From the NCBI GenBank assembly GCA_041485125.1, contig JBGPIT010000001.1:1-54755 (forward strand): DNA of 54,755 bases. The letters are read 5' to 3'. The notes beneath the pieces were generated by a model that was given only the letters and a program-made list of their open reading frames with translations, ran no database searches and was not told the DNA's origin. Origin of the DNA: Candidatus Binatia bacterium. GTDB lineage: Bacteria > Desulfobacterota > Binatia > UTPRO1. Below are positions 34,958 to 43,519 of this stretch, in pieces. A program made the position numbers and the translations under genes. How positions within the stretch are numbered: position 1 is the stretch's first letter; every line of letters starts with the position of its first letter.

Positions 34958-36667
34958 ATGTACCTCGCATCCTTCGGCTTCCGCGAGAAGCCTTTCAACC
35001 TCACCCCAGATCCCAAATTCCTCTACTTGAACGCGAGCTATCGCGAGGCGCTCGCGTCGCTCCACTACGGCATCGCCGAGCGCAAGGGCTTCGTCGCGTT
35101 GATCGGCGAGGCCGGAACCGGAAAGACGACGCTGCTCCGTCGCTTGCTGTCGGAGCTCGGTCCCGAGACCCGCAGCGTGTTGGTCCTGAATCCGTCGGTG
35201 GGCTTCGACGATCTGCTCGGGTTCATCCTCACCGACCTCGGCCGCCCGCCCGCTCCCGGCACGCCGAAGCTCGAGATGCTCGAGGCGCTCAACGCCGAGC
35301 TTCTCGACACGCTTGCCCGCGGCGGGAACGTCGTCGTGCTCATCGACGAGGCCCAGGATCTCGGCATCGGCGTGCTCGAGGAGCTCCGCCTGCTCTCGAA
35401 TCTCGAAACAGCGAAAGAAAAGATCCTCCAGTTCGTGCTCGCCGGCCAACCTGAGCTCGACGTCATGCTGGAGCGGCGCGAGCTCCGCCAGCTGCGGCAA
35501 CGCATCGCCGTCTTCGCGCGCCTCCGCGCGCTCGCACGGCGCGAGCTCGAAGCCTACGTCGCGGCCCGGATCGAGGCGGCGGGCGGCAGCGCCAACGATC
35601 TCTTTTCGCGCCCGGCGCTGTTTCGCCTGTGGCGCTTTTCGGGCGGCGTGCCGCGGCTGGTGAACGTCGCCGGGGACAACGCGCTGGTGACGGCATACGC
35701 CGCGGGGCGCCGGCGCGTCGGCTGGCGTGCGGTCGGCGAGGCGGTCGCCGATCTCCGGCCCTCGCGCGGCGCGGGCGCAAGGCGACGACGCGTCAGCGCC
35801 GCCGCGATCGGGCTCGCCGCCGTCCTCGGGATCACGTTCGGCTTGCTCGTCTCGCGCATGACCGGTCATCACATCGTGGTCGCTCCGGGGTCCGCGCCGC
35901 GGAGCCCGCTCAGTGAGTCCGCAGCGTCCGACGTAGCCGTCCGGCCGGCACGGGAGCCGGTCGCAGCGGAAGCTGCCGCGCCCGCGGCACACGGACTCGA
36001 TGCGGTCGAGGCGGCCGCGCCGGTCGTGCCCGATCGCCTTGCCGAGGAGCCTCGCGCGGCCGCCGCGGAAGCGCCGAGCGCGGCTATGAACGCGCCAGCG
36101 GACGCGGTGCGCGAGGGCGCGCCCGCCGACTCGACCGACGGCCCGCGCGATCACATGCGCGACGGCAACATCGCAGCGACGGAGCACGGCTCCGAAGCGG
36201 CGCCGCTTGCCCCGACAGCCGCCGATGCATCGCACCGGCCTCCGTCGATCGGCGACGTCGCAGTCGCGAAGGCGCCTGCCGAGGCCCGCGGTGGAAACGA
36301 GACGGCGGTGCGGCCCGCGGCCGATGCCGGATCGGACGCCGCGAACGCGCCTGTAACAGACGCGGCCCGATCCGCTGCCGAAGGCGCAACTGTCGGCACC
36401 CCCGGTGGTGAAGCTCTCGTCCCCGTGCGCATCGAGCACGGCGATACGCTGACGTACATCGTGCGGCGGTACTACGGCCGCGAGACGCCGGCGCTCATCA
36501 CAGCGGTTCTCCGCGCCAACCCCTCGATCACCGATCCGGACGTCGTGCTCGTCGGCCAGATGGTGCTCCTCCCGGGCCTCGCGACGAAGAGCAACGGCGA
36601 GCCTGATCCCGCCGCGCTGCGCGCAGAATCGGCATCCGGATCAACGACGTCCAAGCGTAAGCGCTAA
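34958..36667 (+). CDS. ExeA/GspA-like AAA ATPase with TM helix, disordered linker and C-terminal LysM-like domain
   Basis: FGFREKPFNLTPDPKFLY and Walker A GEAGTGKTT, a single TM (AAAIGLAAVLGITFGLLV), an Ala/Pro/Asp-rich linker, then VRIEHGDTLTYIVRRYYG...DPDVVLVGQMVLLP. Confidence 0.8.
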   Translation: MYLASFGFREKPFNLTPDPKFLYLNASYREALASLHYGIAERKGFVALIGEAGTGKTTLLRRLLSELGPETRSVLVLNPSVGFDDLLGFILTDLGRPPAPGTPKLEMLEALNAELLDTLARGGNVVVLIDEAQDLGIGVLEELRLLSNLETAKEKILQFVLAGQPELDVMLERRELRQLRQRIAVFARLRALARRELEAYVAARIEAAGGSANDLFSRPALFRLWRFSGGVPRLVNVAGDNALVTAYAAGRRRVGWRAVGEAVADLRPSRGAGARRRRVSAAAIGLAAVLGITFGLLVSRMTGHHIVVAPGSAPRSPLSESAASDVAVRPAREPVAAEAAAPAAHGLDAVEAAAPVVPDRLAEEPRAAAAEAPSAAMNAPADAVREGAPADSTDGPRDHMRDGNIAATEHGSEAAPLAPTAADASHRPPSIGDVAVAKAPAEARGGNETAVRPAADAGSDAANAPVTDAARSAAEGATVGTPGGEALVPVRIEHGDTLTYIVRRYYGRETPALITAVLRANPSITDPDVVLVGQMVLLPGLATKSNGEPDPAALRAESASGSTTSKRKR

Positions 36668-37007
36668 TGCCCGACTATCCTCAGGCCGCGCGGACCGGCA
36701 GACGCGAAATCGAAGATCGGCGGAGCGCCCGCGCCCGCGCGGAACCAGCGACGAGCTCGCTGTTCGTGCGCTAACACCTGGCGTCCGCTGAGCTTCTTGC
36801 GAACTCTTCGTTGCGGCATGACGACACCTGTGCACGATCCCGCAGAAACGCAACGGCGGCAATCGACGGTCACTCGACACTGAAGGCGTCGATCGTCCGA
36901 CGGACGTGGGGGTTGGAATCGGCTAGGTCCCTGCCGTGTGAAGGGCAAATTGCTCGTGTTCTAGAGGGTGAAAAAGCTTAAACGAAAGACGACAGAACGG
37001 AGGGTCG

Positions 37008-37022
37008 TGGCATCGACTTTGC
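37008..37022 (+). promoter_or_regulatory. sigma-54 (-24/-12) promoter
   Basis: TGGCAT-CGACT-TTGC with canonical spacing, 33 nt upstream of the NusG-like gene start at 37055. Confidence 0.6.
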
Positions 37023-37054
37023 TTTGACGCACTGAGATTTCCAAAATTCCATCC

Positions 37055-37555
37055 ATGACCCCCCTCGACAGAGATTGGTTCGTCGTTCGCAGCAAGCCCC
37101 GCAAAGAGGAATTCGCGGTGCAAAGCCTCGAACGCCGTGGCGTCGTGGCTTTTTGCCCGCGCATTCTTGAACCGGTCGGTTGGACGAACGAGTGGGCGAC
37201 CGTGCCGCTCTTCCCCGGCTATCTGTTTGTCCAAATCGAATTGCACAGCGGATATCACAGCGTAATGTGGACGCCGGGTGTCAAAGGGTTCGTTTCGTTC
37301 GGAGCGATGCCGACGGCGGTCCAGCCGGAGATTGTCAATTTTCTTCAGCAAGAGACCGGCGACGATGGTGTGATCCTACCCCGCAAACAATATCAGGCGG
37401 GTGAGCGCGTACGCATCAAGCACGGCCCGTTTGCCGGATTGATCGGCATCATCGAAAAGCCATGCGCGGAACGCGGTCGTATTCGCGTCCTCATGGACTT
37501 TCTTCGTCGGGGCACGTCGGTGGAGCTGCCGCTGGCAGCCATCGGCCGGCTCTGA
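37055..37555 (+). CDS. NusG-paralog transcription antiterminator (RfaH/UpxY-like)
   Basis: WFVVRSKPRKEEFA NGN start, LFPGYLFV, and a C-terminal KOW (GERVRIKHGPFAGLIGII). 166 aa. Confidence 0.8.
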   Translation: MTPLDRDWFVVRSKPRKEEFAVQSLERRGVVAFCPRILEPVGWTNEWATVPLFPGYLFVQIELHSGYHSVMWTPGVKGFVSFGAMPTAVQPEIVNFLQQETGDDGVILPRKQYQAGERVRIKHGPFAGLIGIIEKPCAERGRIRVLMDFLRRGTSVELPLAAIGRL

Positions 37556-37712
37556 GCTCACGCCAGTTTAGCCGCGGGTGCTGACATCCGCGTCAAGAAG
37601 ATGACTGAATCGCAAGGGATTCTCGAAACTTACGCGAGAGTTAGCGGCGGAGCTTCATCAAAGACGGCGACACGGTGTACGCAGTAGGCCACGCGGAGGA
37701 CAGGAACCAATC

Positions 37713-38450
37713 ATGACACACACCACGGCACGAACAGTGACGACGGCGGCACGCATCGCGACCACGATATTGGCGCTGATGGCGCTCGGCGCCTGCAGCA
37801 GCGTCGGACGCTCGCTGCCTCCCCCCGAGCAGACCTACGCGCTCACGCAGCTGCCGGTCGAGCGCGGCGACTATCGCCTTCAGGACGGTGATCGGCTCAA
37901 CATCAAGTTTCCGTATCACGGCCGCTCGAACCAGGAGCTGCCGATCCGTCCCGACGGCAAGATCAGCCTCGACGTGACCGGCGACATCGTCGCCGAGGGC
38001 CTCACGCCGCACGAGCTCGAGGAAATCATCAAGCAGCGCAGCTCGAACAAGTTGCGCGATCCCGAGGTCGTCGTGATCGTGACGCAAATGGGAGATCGCA
38101 AAGCCTATGTCGGAGGCGAGGTCGGCCGGCCGGGGTTCGTCGCCGTCCAAGAAGGCATGACGCCGCTGCAAGCTGTGCTCGCGGCCGGCGGCTTCAAGGA
38201 CACCGCCAAGAAGGACAGCGTGCTCTACATTGCGCGCGGCTCCGACGGCGCGTATCACGCGAGCAGAGTAGATCTCGAGGACGTCGTGGAAAACGGACAA
38301 CCTGAGACCGTGCGCCTGACCGGCAACGACGTCGTCTTCGTACCAGCCACGCGCATCGCGAACGCCGACACGTTCGTGGAGCAGTACGTCCGCAAGCTGA
38401 TGCCCGTCGACTCGCGCGCCGGCGCAACCGCCGCGTTGCCGATTCCGTGA
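37713..38450 (+). CDS. polysaccharide export outer-membrane lipoprotein (Wza-like; Poly_export + SLBB)
   Basis: Lipobox LMALGAC, DYRLQDGDRLNIKF, IRPDGKISLDVTGDI and the SLBB-like GEVGRPGF. Confidence 0.85.
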   Translation: MTHTTARTVTTAARIATTILALMALGACSSVGRSLPPPEQTYALTQLPVERGDYRLQDGDRLNIKFPYHGRSNQELPIRPDGKISLDVTGDIVAEGLTPHELEEIIKQRSSNKLRDPEVVVIVTQMGDRKAYVGGEVGRPGFVAVQEGMTPLQAVLAAGGFKDTAKKDSVLYIARGSDGAYHASRVDLEDVVENGQPETVRLTGNDVVFVPATRIANADTFVEQYVRKLMPVDSRAGATAALPIP

Positions 38451-38478
38451 GGACCAACCCGCGCCCAAGGGGGAAATC

Positions 38479-40017
38479 GTGAACCCAGAACTCGTCCGAC
38501 CCATCAACGGGTCACCGCCGGTCCCGTACTACGTCGACCAGAATCCGCAACAAGACGGCGGTATCAACGCGAAGCTGATCCTGTACTCGCTGTTCAAGCG
38601 TAAGTGGCAGGTGCTCGGCATCGTCGCCGTCGTCGTGCTGTCGATCCTCGTGACCGGTCTCCTGCGGCCGCTCGTCTACAAGACGAGCGCGAAGCTCTTC
38701 GTCCGTCCGGCGCGCGCCGAGATCCAGATGGGCGCCGGCGCGCAACGCGAGCTGACGTTCCCGGTCTCGGCGAGCAGCGAGATGATGAACTCCGAGATGG
38801 AGATCCTGCGCAGTCAGGAGCTCATGCGTCAGGTGATCGAGCGCATGGAGAAGGCCGGCACGCCGATCTTCGGTTCCGACACGACCATGTCGGTCCCGGA
38901 GCAGGTGGCGGCACTGCAGGGCATGATGATCGTCGGGCCGACGCCCGAGTCGAACGTCATCGGCATCGACCTCTTCGTGAGGAACCGCGAGAAGGGCCAG
39001 GCGATCCTCGGCGCGATCGTCGATACCTTCCTCGAACGGCATGCTCGGATCCACGGCAGCAGCGGCGCCACGCAATTCTTCGAGGATCAAAAGAACATCA
39101 CTCACACCCGCATGACGGAAGCCGAGAAGAAGCTCGGCGACTTCGTCGAGCGCGAGCAGCTGATCATGCCGGAGGATCAAATTCGCGCCGCCCTGAAGGG
39201 CGCCTCCCGCGGCTCCGAGTCGATCGCGATCTCGCAAGCGAAGGTGCACGGCCTCGAGCGTCGCGTTGCCAAGCTGAAGGAGCAGCTCGCCACCGCGCCG
39301 ACCCTGCAGCGCGACCTCGAGAAGGTGAATCCGACCGCGACCGGCATCGCCGTCGAGCTTTCGAAAAAAGAGGCCGAGCGCGCCGATCTGCTGCAGCACT
39401 ACATGGAAAACGACCGCCTCGTCGTCGACGTCAACGCCCAGATCGCGACGCTGGCGGCGCGGCTCGCGGAGTCCAAAGAGGCATCGGTCGTCGGCACCGA
39501 GCGCATCAGCGTCAATCCGATCCGCCAGGAGCTCGAGCGCCGGCTCCTCCAGTCCGAGCTGAACCTCGCCGACATGTCGGCGCGCGTAGACGGCCTCGAG
39601 GACAAGCTCGACCAGCAGGCCGACGACGCCACCAAGGAAGCCGTCGGGCTGCGCCAGAAGAGCATCGAGCTCAGCAGCCTCGAACAGGAGGTCTCGCTCG
39701 CGCGTGAGGCGTACCAGCTCTACGAGCGCAAGCAAGAAGAGTCGCGCATCTCGGAGGCGCTCGACCAGGAGCGCTTCCTGAACGTCAGCGTGATCGACGG
39801 CCCGACGATGCCGCTCGAGCCGGTCAACAAGATGAACCCGCTCATGCTCGTCGCGGCGCTGATCGCCGGCACCGGTCTCGGCGTCGGCACCGCGGTGGGC
39901 CTCGAGTTCCTCGGCCGCAACTTCAAGTTCGAGGAGCAGGTGGAGCAGTACCTCGAGCTACCGGTCTTCGCCGTCATTCCCGACATGAGCGAAGTCGCGG
40001 AACTCCAGCACAGCTAG
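38479..40017 (+). CDS. polysaccharide chain-length determinant (Wzz/GumC-like)
   Basis: N-terminal TM (WQVLGIVAVVVLSILVTGLL), a long coiled-coil periplasmic region and a C-terminal TM (LMLVAALIAGTGLGVGTAVGL). Confidence 0.85.
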   Translation: MNPELVRPINGSPPVPYYVDQNPQQDGGINAKLILYSLFKRKWQVLGIVAVVVLSILVTGLLRPLVYKTSAKLFVRPARAEIQMGAGAQRELTFPVSASSEMMNSEMEILRSQELMRQVIERMEKAGTPIFGSDTTMSVPEQVAALQGMMIVGPTPESNVIGIDLFVRNREKGQAILGAIVDTFLERHARIHGSSGATQFFEDQKNITHTRMTEAEKKLGDFVEREQLIMPEDQIRAALKGASRGSESIAISQAKVHGLERRVAKLKEQLATAPTLQRDLEKVNPTATGIAVELSKKEAERADLLQHYMENDRLVVDVNAQIATLAARLAESKEASVVGTERISVNPIRQELERRLLQSELNLADMSARVDGLEDKLDQQADDATKEAVGLRQKSIELSSLEQEVSLAREAYQLYERKQEESRISEALDQERFLNVSVIDGPTMPLEPVNKMNPLMLVAALIAGTGLGVGTAVGLEFLGRNFKFEEQVEQYLELPVFAVIPDMSEVAELQHS

Positions 40018-40048
40018 CCGCGGCATCGACCGCACACGGGGAACGATC

Positions 40049-40867
40049 ATGAGCAAGATCTACGAAGCCCTCCAGAAAGCCCAGGAAGAGCGGGAAGGGA
40101 TCATCGGCGAACCCGGCGTCCCGAGTGAGCGCCCGCCACGCCGCTCTTGGTGGCGATCCGGCAAGAGCGGCAAGACCAGCGGCAACGGTTACCGCACCAA
40201 CGGCTCGCTCCACATCGACTTCGACTTGGCACCGCAGGTCGAGGAGGCGTACCAGCGTCTCGGCACCAACCTCTTGATGCCGTCGAGCAGCGGCGACCCC
40301 GGCCTGCTGCGTGATCTGATGGTCGTCGCATCGGAGCACCAAGAGGGCGCGACCACTACCGCCGCGCTCTTCGCATCGACGTTGGCCAAGCGCAAGAAGC
40401 TCGACGTGCTCCTCATCGAGGCCAACTTCCGGAGTCCGGCACTCGAGCAAGTATTCCCCATCCGGCGCAACGGCGGCTTCGCCGAGCTGATCGACGGCCG
40501 CCAGGACATCGATCAGGTGGTGCAAGAGACGCCGCAACCGAACCTCTTCGTAGTGACCAGCGGGCACTACGAGACCTCGCCCGCGCACGTCCTCGAGTCG
40601 CCGCGCCTGTCGGAAGTCTTGGCCCAGCTGCACGAGCGTTTCCAGTTCGTGGTCTTCGACTCGGCCCCGGTGAACACCTACACCGACGCGTCGATCCTCG
40701 GGCCGCGGCTCGACGCCGCGGTGGTCGTGATCGAGGCCGATCGCACCCGCGTCGACGAGGTGCAGCGCGCCAAACGGCAGCTCGAGCGCTCCGGCGCGAA
40801 GCTTCTCGGCGTGCTGCTGAACCGCCGCAAGAACTACCTGCCGGCATTCCTGGACGGACTGCTCTGA
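40049..40867 (+). CDS. BY-kinase-like (CpsD/CapB family) ATPase with degenerate Walker A
   Basis: MSKIYEALQKA start. The P-loop position reads VASEHQEGATTTAAL instead of S..PGEGKS/T. Walker A' reads LLIEANFRSP instead of DxDxR. Walker B FVVFDSAP is intact. There is no C-terminal Tyr cluster. Confidence 0.7.
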   Translation: MSKIYEALQKAQEEREGIIGEPGVPSERPPRRSWWRSGKSGKTSGNGYRTNGSLHIDFDLAPQVEEAYQRLGTNLLMPSSSGDPGLLRDLMVVASEHQEGATTTAALFASTLAKRKKLDVLLIEANFRSPALEQVFPIRRNGGFAELIDGRQDIDQVVQETPQPNLFVVTSGHYETSPAHVLESPRLSEVLAQLHERFQFVVFDSAPVNTYTDASILGPRLDAAVVVIEADRTRVDEVQRAKRQLERSGAKLLGVLLNRRKNYLPAFLDGLL

Positions 40868-40871
40868 GCGC

Positions 40872-42326
40872 GTGAGCGTCGCCCTCGAACAGACCCTCGC
40901 CGCGCCGCGACTGCCGGCGGCAGCGCCATACGCCACCCCGCTGTGGCTGTGGCCGGTGGTGCTGCTCGGCCTGGGCGCGACGCTCGTCGCCGCGACCTAC
41001 AATGGTCTCGAGGCGACGGTGCTCGGCGCGATCATCGCCGCGGCCGTGCTCACCATCGTGGTCGCCAAGCCCGAGGTCGGGATCCTGCTCCTGATGACGA
41101 ACTATCTCATCGCGAGCTATCCGACCCCGCTGCGCGGCAATGGTCTGATCACGATCAACAATCTTCTCGGTATCATCCTCGCGGTGTTGCTGATTGCGAA
41201 GCTCGCACAGAATCTCGATTTCTGGTTCCTTCGCAATCGTCAGGTAAAGATCTTCATCGCGATCGGCGCGGTACTGATCATCTCGACGATCGTCTCGAGT
41301 TACACGTTCCCGAATCTGGTCGGGACGCGCGGTAAGTTCCGCGAGCTCGACCAGACCACGCAGATGGCGCAGGACTTCGTCACTCGTCTTGCCTTCTTGG
41401 TCTTCACGCTGAACTTTCTCAGCACCAAAACGGACTTGAAGCGCGTCGTCACGGTGATGATGCTCTGTCTCCTGATGGTCGTCCCGTCGGCACTGCTCGG
41501 TTACGCGAGTGGCAACACCGTCGGGGGCCGGGCGGCGGCGGCATTTTCGCTGGGCACGAACCCGAATCGCCTGGCCTTCCTCTGTCTCATCCAGATTCCG
41601 TTCTGGTGGTATTTCATTCGCGCCAAGCGCTCGACGTTTCGGAACATCCTCGGCATCGGCGTGATCGGCAGCTTGATCATCACGGTCTTTCTGACGGCCT
41701 CGCGGAGCGGCGTGCTCGGGCTGGGGATGATCTTCTACCTCCTGACCCAGAAGCGCGCGGGAGTTGGCGGCGGACGGCTACAGATCATCGCGCTCGGGCT
41801 CGTCGCCGTCGGCATTCTCTTGACGGTGATCCCGCAGGAGAACCTCGATCGCATGGCGAACGTCAATCCGTTCAGCCAGAACAAGGAGCAGGGCGCCGGC
41901 GCACACTCGACCGAGCGACGCGTCGAGACGGTCGAGATCGGCTGGAAGATGTTCGGCGATCACCCGTGGTTCGGCGTCGGCATCGGAAATTTCCGCGAGG
42001 TCGCGAAGCAGGTCTACCAGGACGAGTTCTTCCGGCCGCCGCACAACTCATACGTGTGGGCGCTCACCGAAGGCGGGATCTTCTGCTTCTTGCTGTACCT
42101 GCTTCTCTTCTGGTTCACGTGGCGCGACATAAAATGGATCGACGCCGCGCCGGCGATGCCCGTGGAGCTGCGCTGGATTGCCGCGGCGCTCTCGCCGGCG
42201 ATGATCTTGTTGATGTTCTACAGCGCGTTCGCCGACATTTGGCTCAGCCCGGTCACCTACATCATCATTGGGTTGGTGATCGTCTTCAAACGCTATCTGG
42301 GCGGCCGGCGTGCCGTTCTCGCCTGA
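40872..42326 (+). CDS. O-antigen ligase/polymerase-like membrane protein (Wzy_C)
   Basis: More than 10 TM helices, with LTASRSGVLGL, WFGVGIGNF and PHNSYVWALTEGG motifs. Confidence 0.8.
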   Translation: MSVALEQTLAAPRLPAAAPYATPLWLWPVVLLGLGATLVAATYNGLEATVLGAIIAAAVLTIVVAKPEVGILLLMTNYLIASYPTPLRGNGLITINNLLGIILAVLLIAKLAQNLDFWFLRNRQVKIFIAIGAVLIISTIVSSYTFPNLVGTRGKFRELDQTTQMAQDFVTRLAFLVFTLNFLSTKTDLKRVVTVMMLCLLMVVPSALLGYASGNTVGGRAAAAFSLGTNPNRLAFLCLIQIPFWWYFIRAKRSTFRNILGIGVIGSLIITVFLTASRSGVLGLGMIFYLLTQKRAGVGGGRLQIIALGLVAVGILLTVIPQENLDRMANVNPFSQNKEQGAGAHSTERRVETVEIGWKMFGDHPWFGVGIGNFREVAKQVYQDEFFRPPHNSYVWALTEGGIFCFLLYLLLFWFTWRDIKWIDAAPAMPVELRWIAAALSPAMILLMFYSAFADIWLSPVTYIIIGLVIVFKRYLGGRRAVLA

Positions 42327-43485
42327 GCGCGCGCTGCGGACCATCGCGTTCTTTCCGCCCCGGCTCGCTACCGGGGGCACGCAACGCCATCTGCTCGAGG
42401 TCCTCCGTTTCCTCGATCGCACACGGTTTCAGCCGCTCGTCATCAGCGCGAAGAGCGGCGGTGAGCTCGCCGACGCCATCCGCGACCTCGGCGTCGAGCT
42501 CATCGACCTCGGTCTCGGCGAGCGGCTGCTGAGCGCCGACCTGGCGCGCTGCGTGCGCGCCACGGCGAGCGTGCTCCGTGCCCGCGCCGTCGACGTGGTG
42601 CAGAGCTTCCAATGGCGGCCCGCCTTGATCGCGCTCGGCGCGACGCGCCTCGCCGGTCGCGGCCGGATCGTCGCCGGCCGGCGCAGCGTCCCGACCGAGC
42701 ACGGCATGCGCGGCATGCTCGAGGAGATCGTCGTCCAGTTCGCCGACCGCGTCGTGGTGAACGCCGAGTCGCTGCGGCCGCGTGGTCGGGCCGGCCGGCG
42801 CACCGAGGTGATCCCGAGCGGCGTCGACACCGAGCGCTTCGACCCGCGCGTGATCGATCGCGCCGCGGCCAAGCACGCCCTCGGGATCCCAGCCGACGTC
42901 GTCGCGATCGGTACCGTCGGCCGGCTCGAAACCCGCAAGGGCACGCGCACGCTGATCGAGGCCACCGCGCGACTTCGCGAGACACCGCGCGCCCCTTTCG
43001 TCGTCGTTGCCGGCGACGGTCCATTGCGCGACGAGCTCGCCGCGCTCGCGGCACGCCTCGGCATCGCCGAGCGGGTGCGCTTCCTCGGCAACCGCGAAGA
43101 CGTGCGCGCCGTCCTCGCCGCGCTCGACGCCTTCGTGCTGCCGTCGCTCACCGAGGGCATGTCGAACGCGCTCCTCGAGGCGATGGCGATGGCGCTGCCG
43201 GTGATCGCGACCGACGTCGGAGGCAATCCCGAGGTCATCGGCGACGCGATGACGGGCATGCTGATACCGGCCGATCAGCCGGAAGCGATGGCGAACGCGA
43301 TCGCCCAGCTGCTCGGCGATCCGGAGCGGCAAAGGCGCCTCGGGGCGGCGGCGCGGCGCCGCGTCGAGGAACGCTACGGCGCGCGCGCGATGGTCCGGCA
43401 GCTCGAGAGCATCTACGCAGCGGTCGCCGCGCGCGAGCCGCTCGCCCGGTCCGCGGCGCACACGACGGCGCGGGAGCCGGCGTGA
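42310..43485 (+). CDS. glycosyltransferase family 4
   Basis: GGTQRHLLEV N-terminus and C-terminal EGMSNALLEAMAMALPVIATDVGGNPEVI. Confidence 0.85.
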   Translation: MPFSPERALRTIAFFPPRLATGGTQRHLLEVLRFLDRTRFQPLVISAKSGGELADAIRDLGVELIDLGLGERLLSADLARCVRATASVLRARAVDVVQSFQWRPALIALGATRLAGRGRIVAGRRSVPTEHGMRGMLEEIVVQFADRVVVNAESLRPRGRAGRRTEVIPSGVDTERFDPRVIDRAAAKHALGIPADVVAIGTVGRLETRKGTRTLIEATARLRETPRAPFVVVAGDGPLRDELAALAARLGIAERVRFLGNREDVRAVLAALDAFVLPSLTEGMSNALLEAMAMALPVIATDVGGNPEVIGDAMTGMLIPADQPEAMANAIAQLLGDPERQRRLGAAARRRVEERYGARAMVRQLESIYAAVAAREPLARSAAHTTAREPA

Positions 43486-43519
43486 CTACTTCAGGGATGT
43501 CGCAGGAGGACGAGCGCTG

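Noticed and set aside
36774-36830. ACACCTG repeated exactly 50 nt apart upstream of the second sigma-54 promoter (possible activator sites)
   Set aside because: A shared 7-mer in a 390-bp region is expected several times by chance. It also does not resemble the repeated elements of the first promoter region.
40145-40190. GKSGKT sequence in the N-terminal region of the BY-kinase-like protein as an alternative P-loop
   Set aside because: It lies in a low-complexity, Ser/Gly/Arg-rich leader, well upstream of the position where the kinase fold places Walker A. It is probably coincidental.
40872-42326. Considered whether this polytopic protein could be the missing exosortase
   Set aside because: Its motifs (ASRSG, GVGIGNF, HNSY..L.EGG) are those of O-antigen ligase/Wzy_C proteins. 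I see none of the exosortase catalytic Cys/Arg/His pattern.
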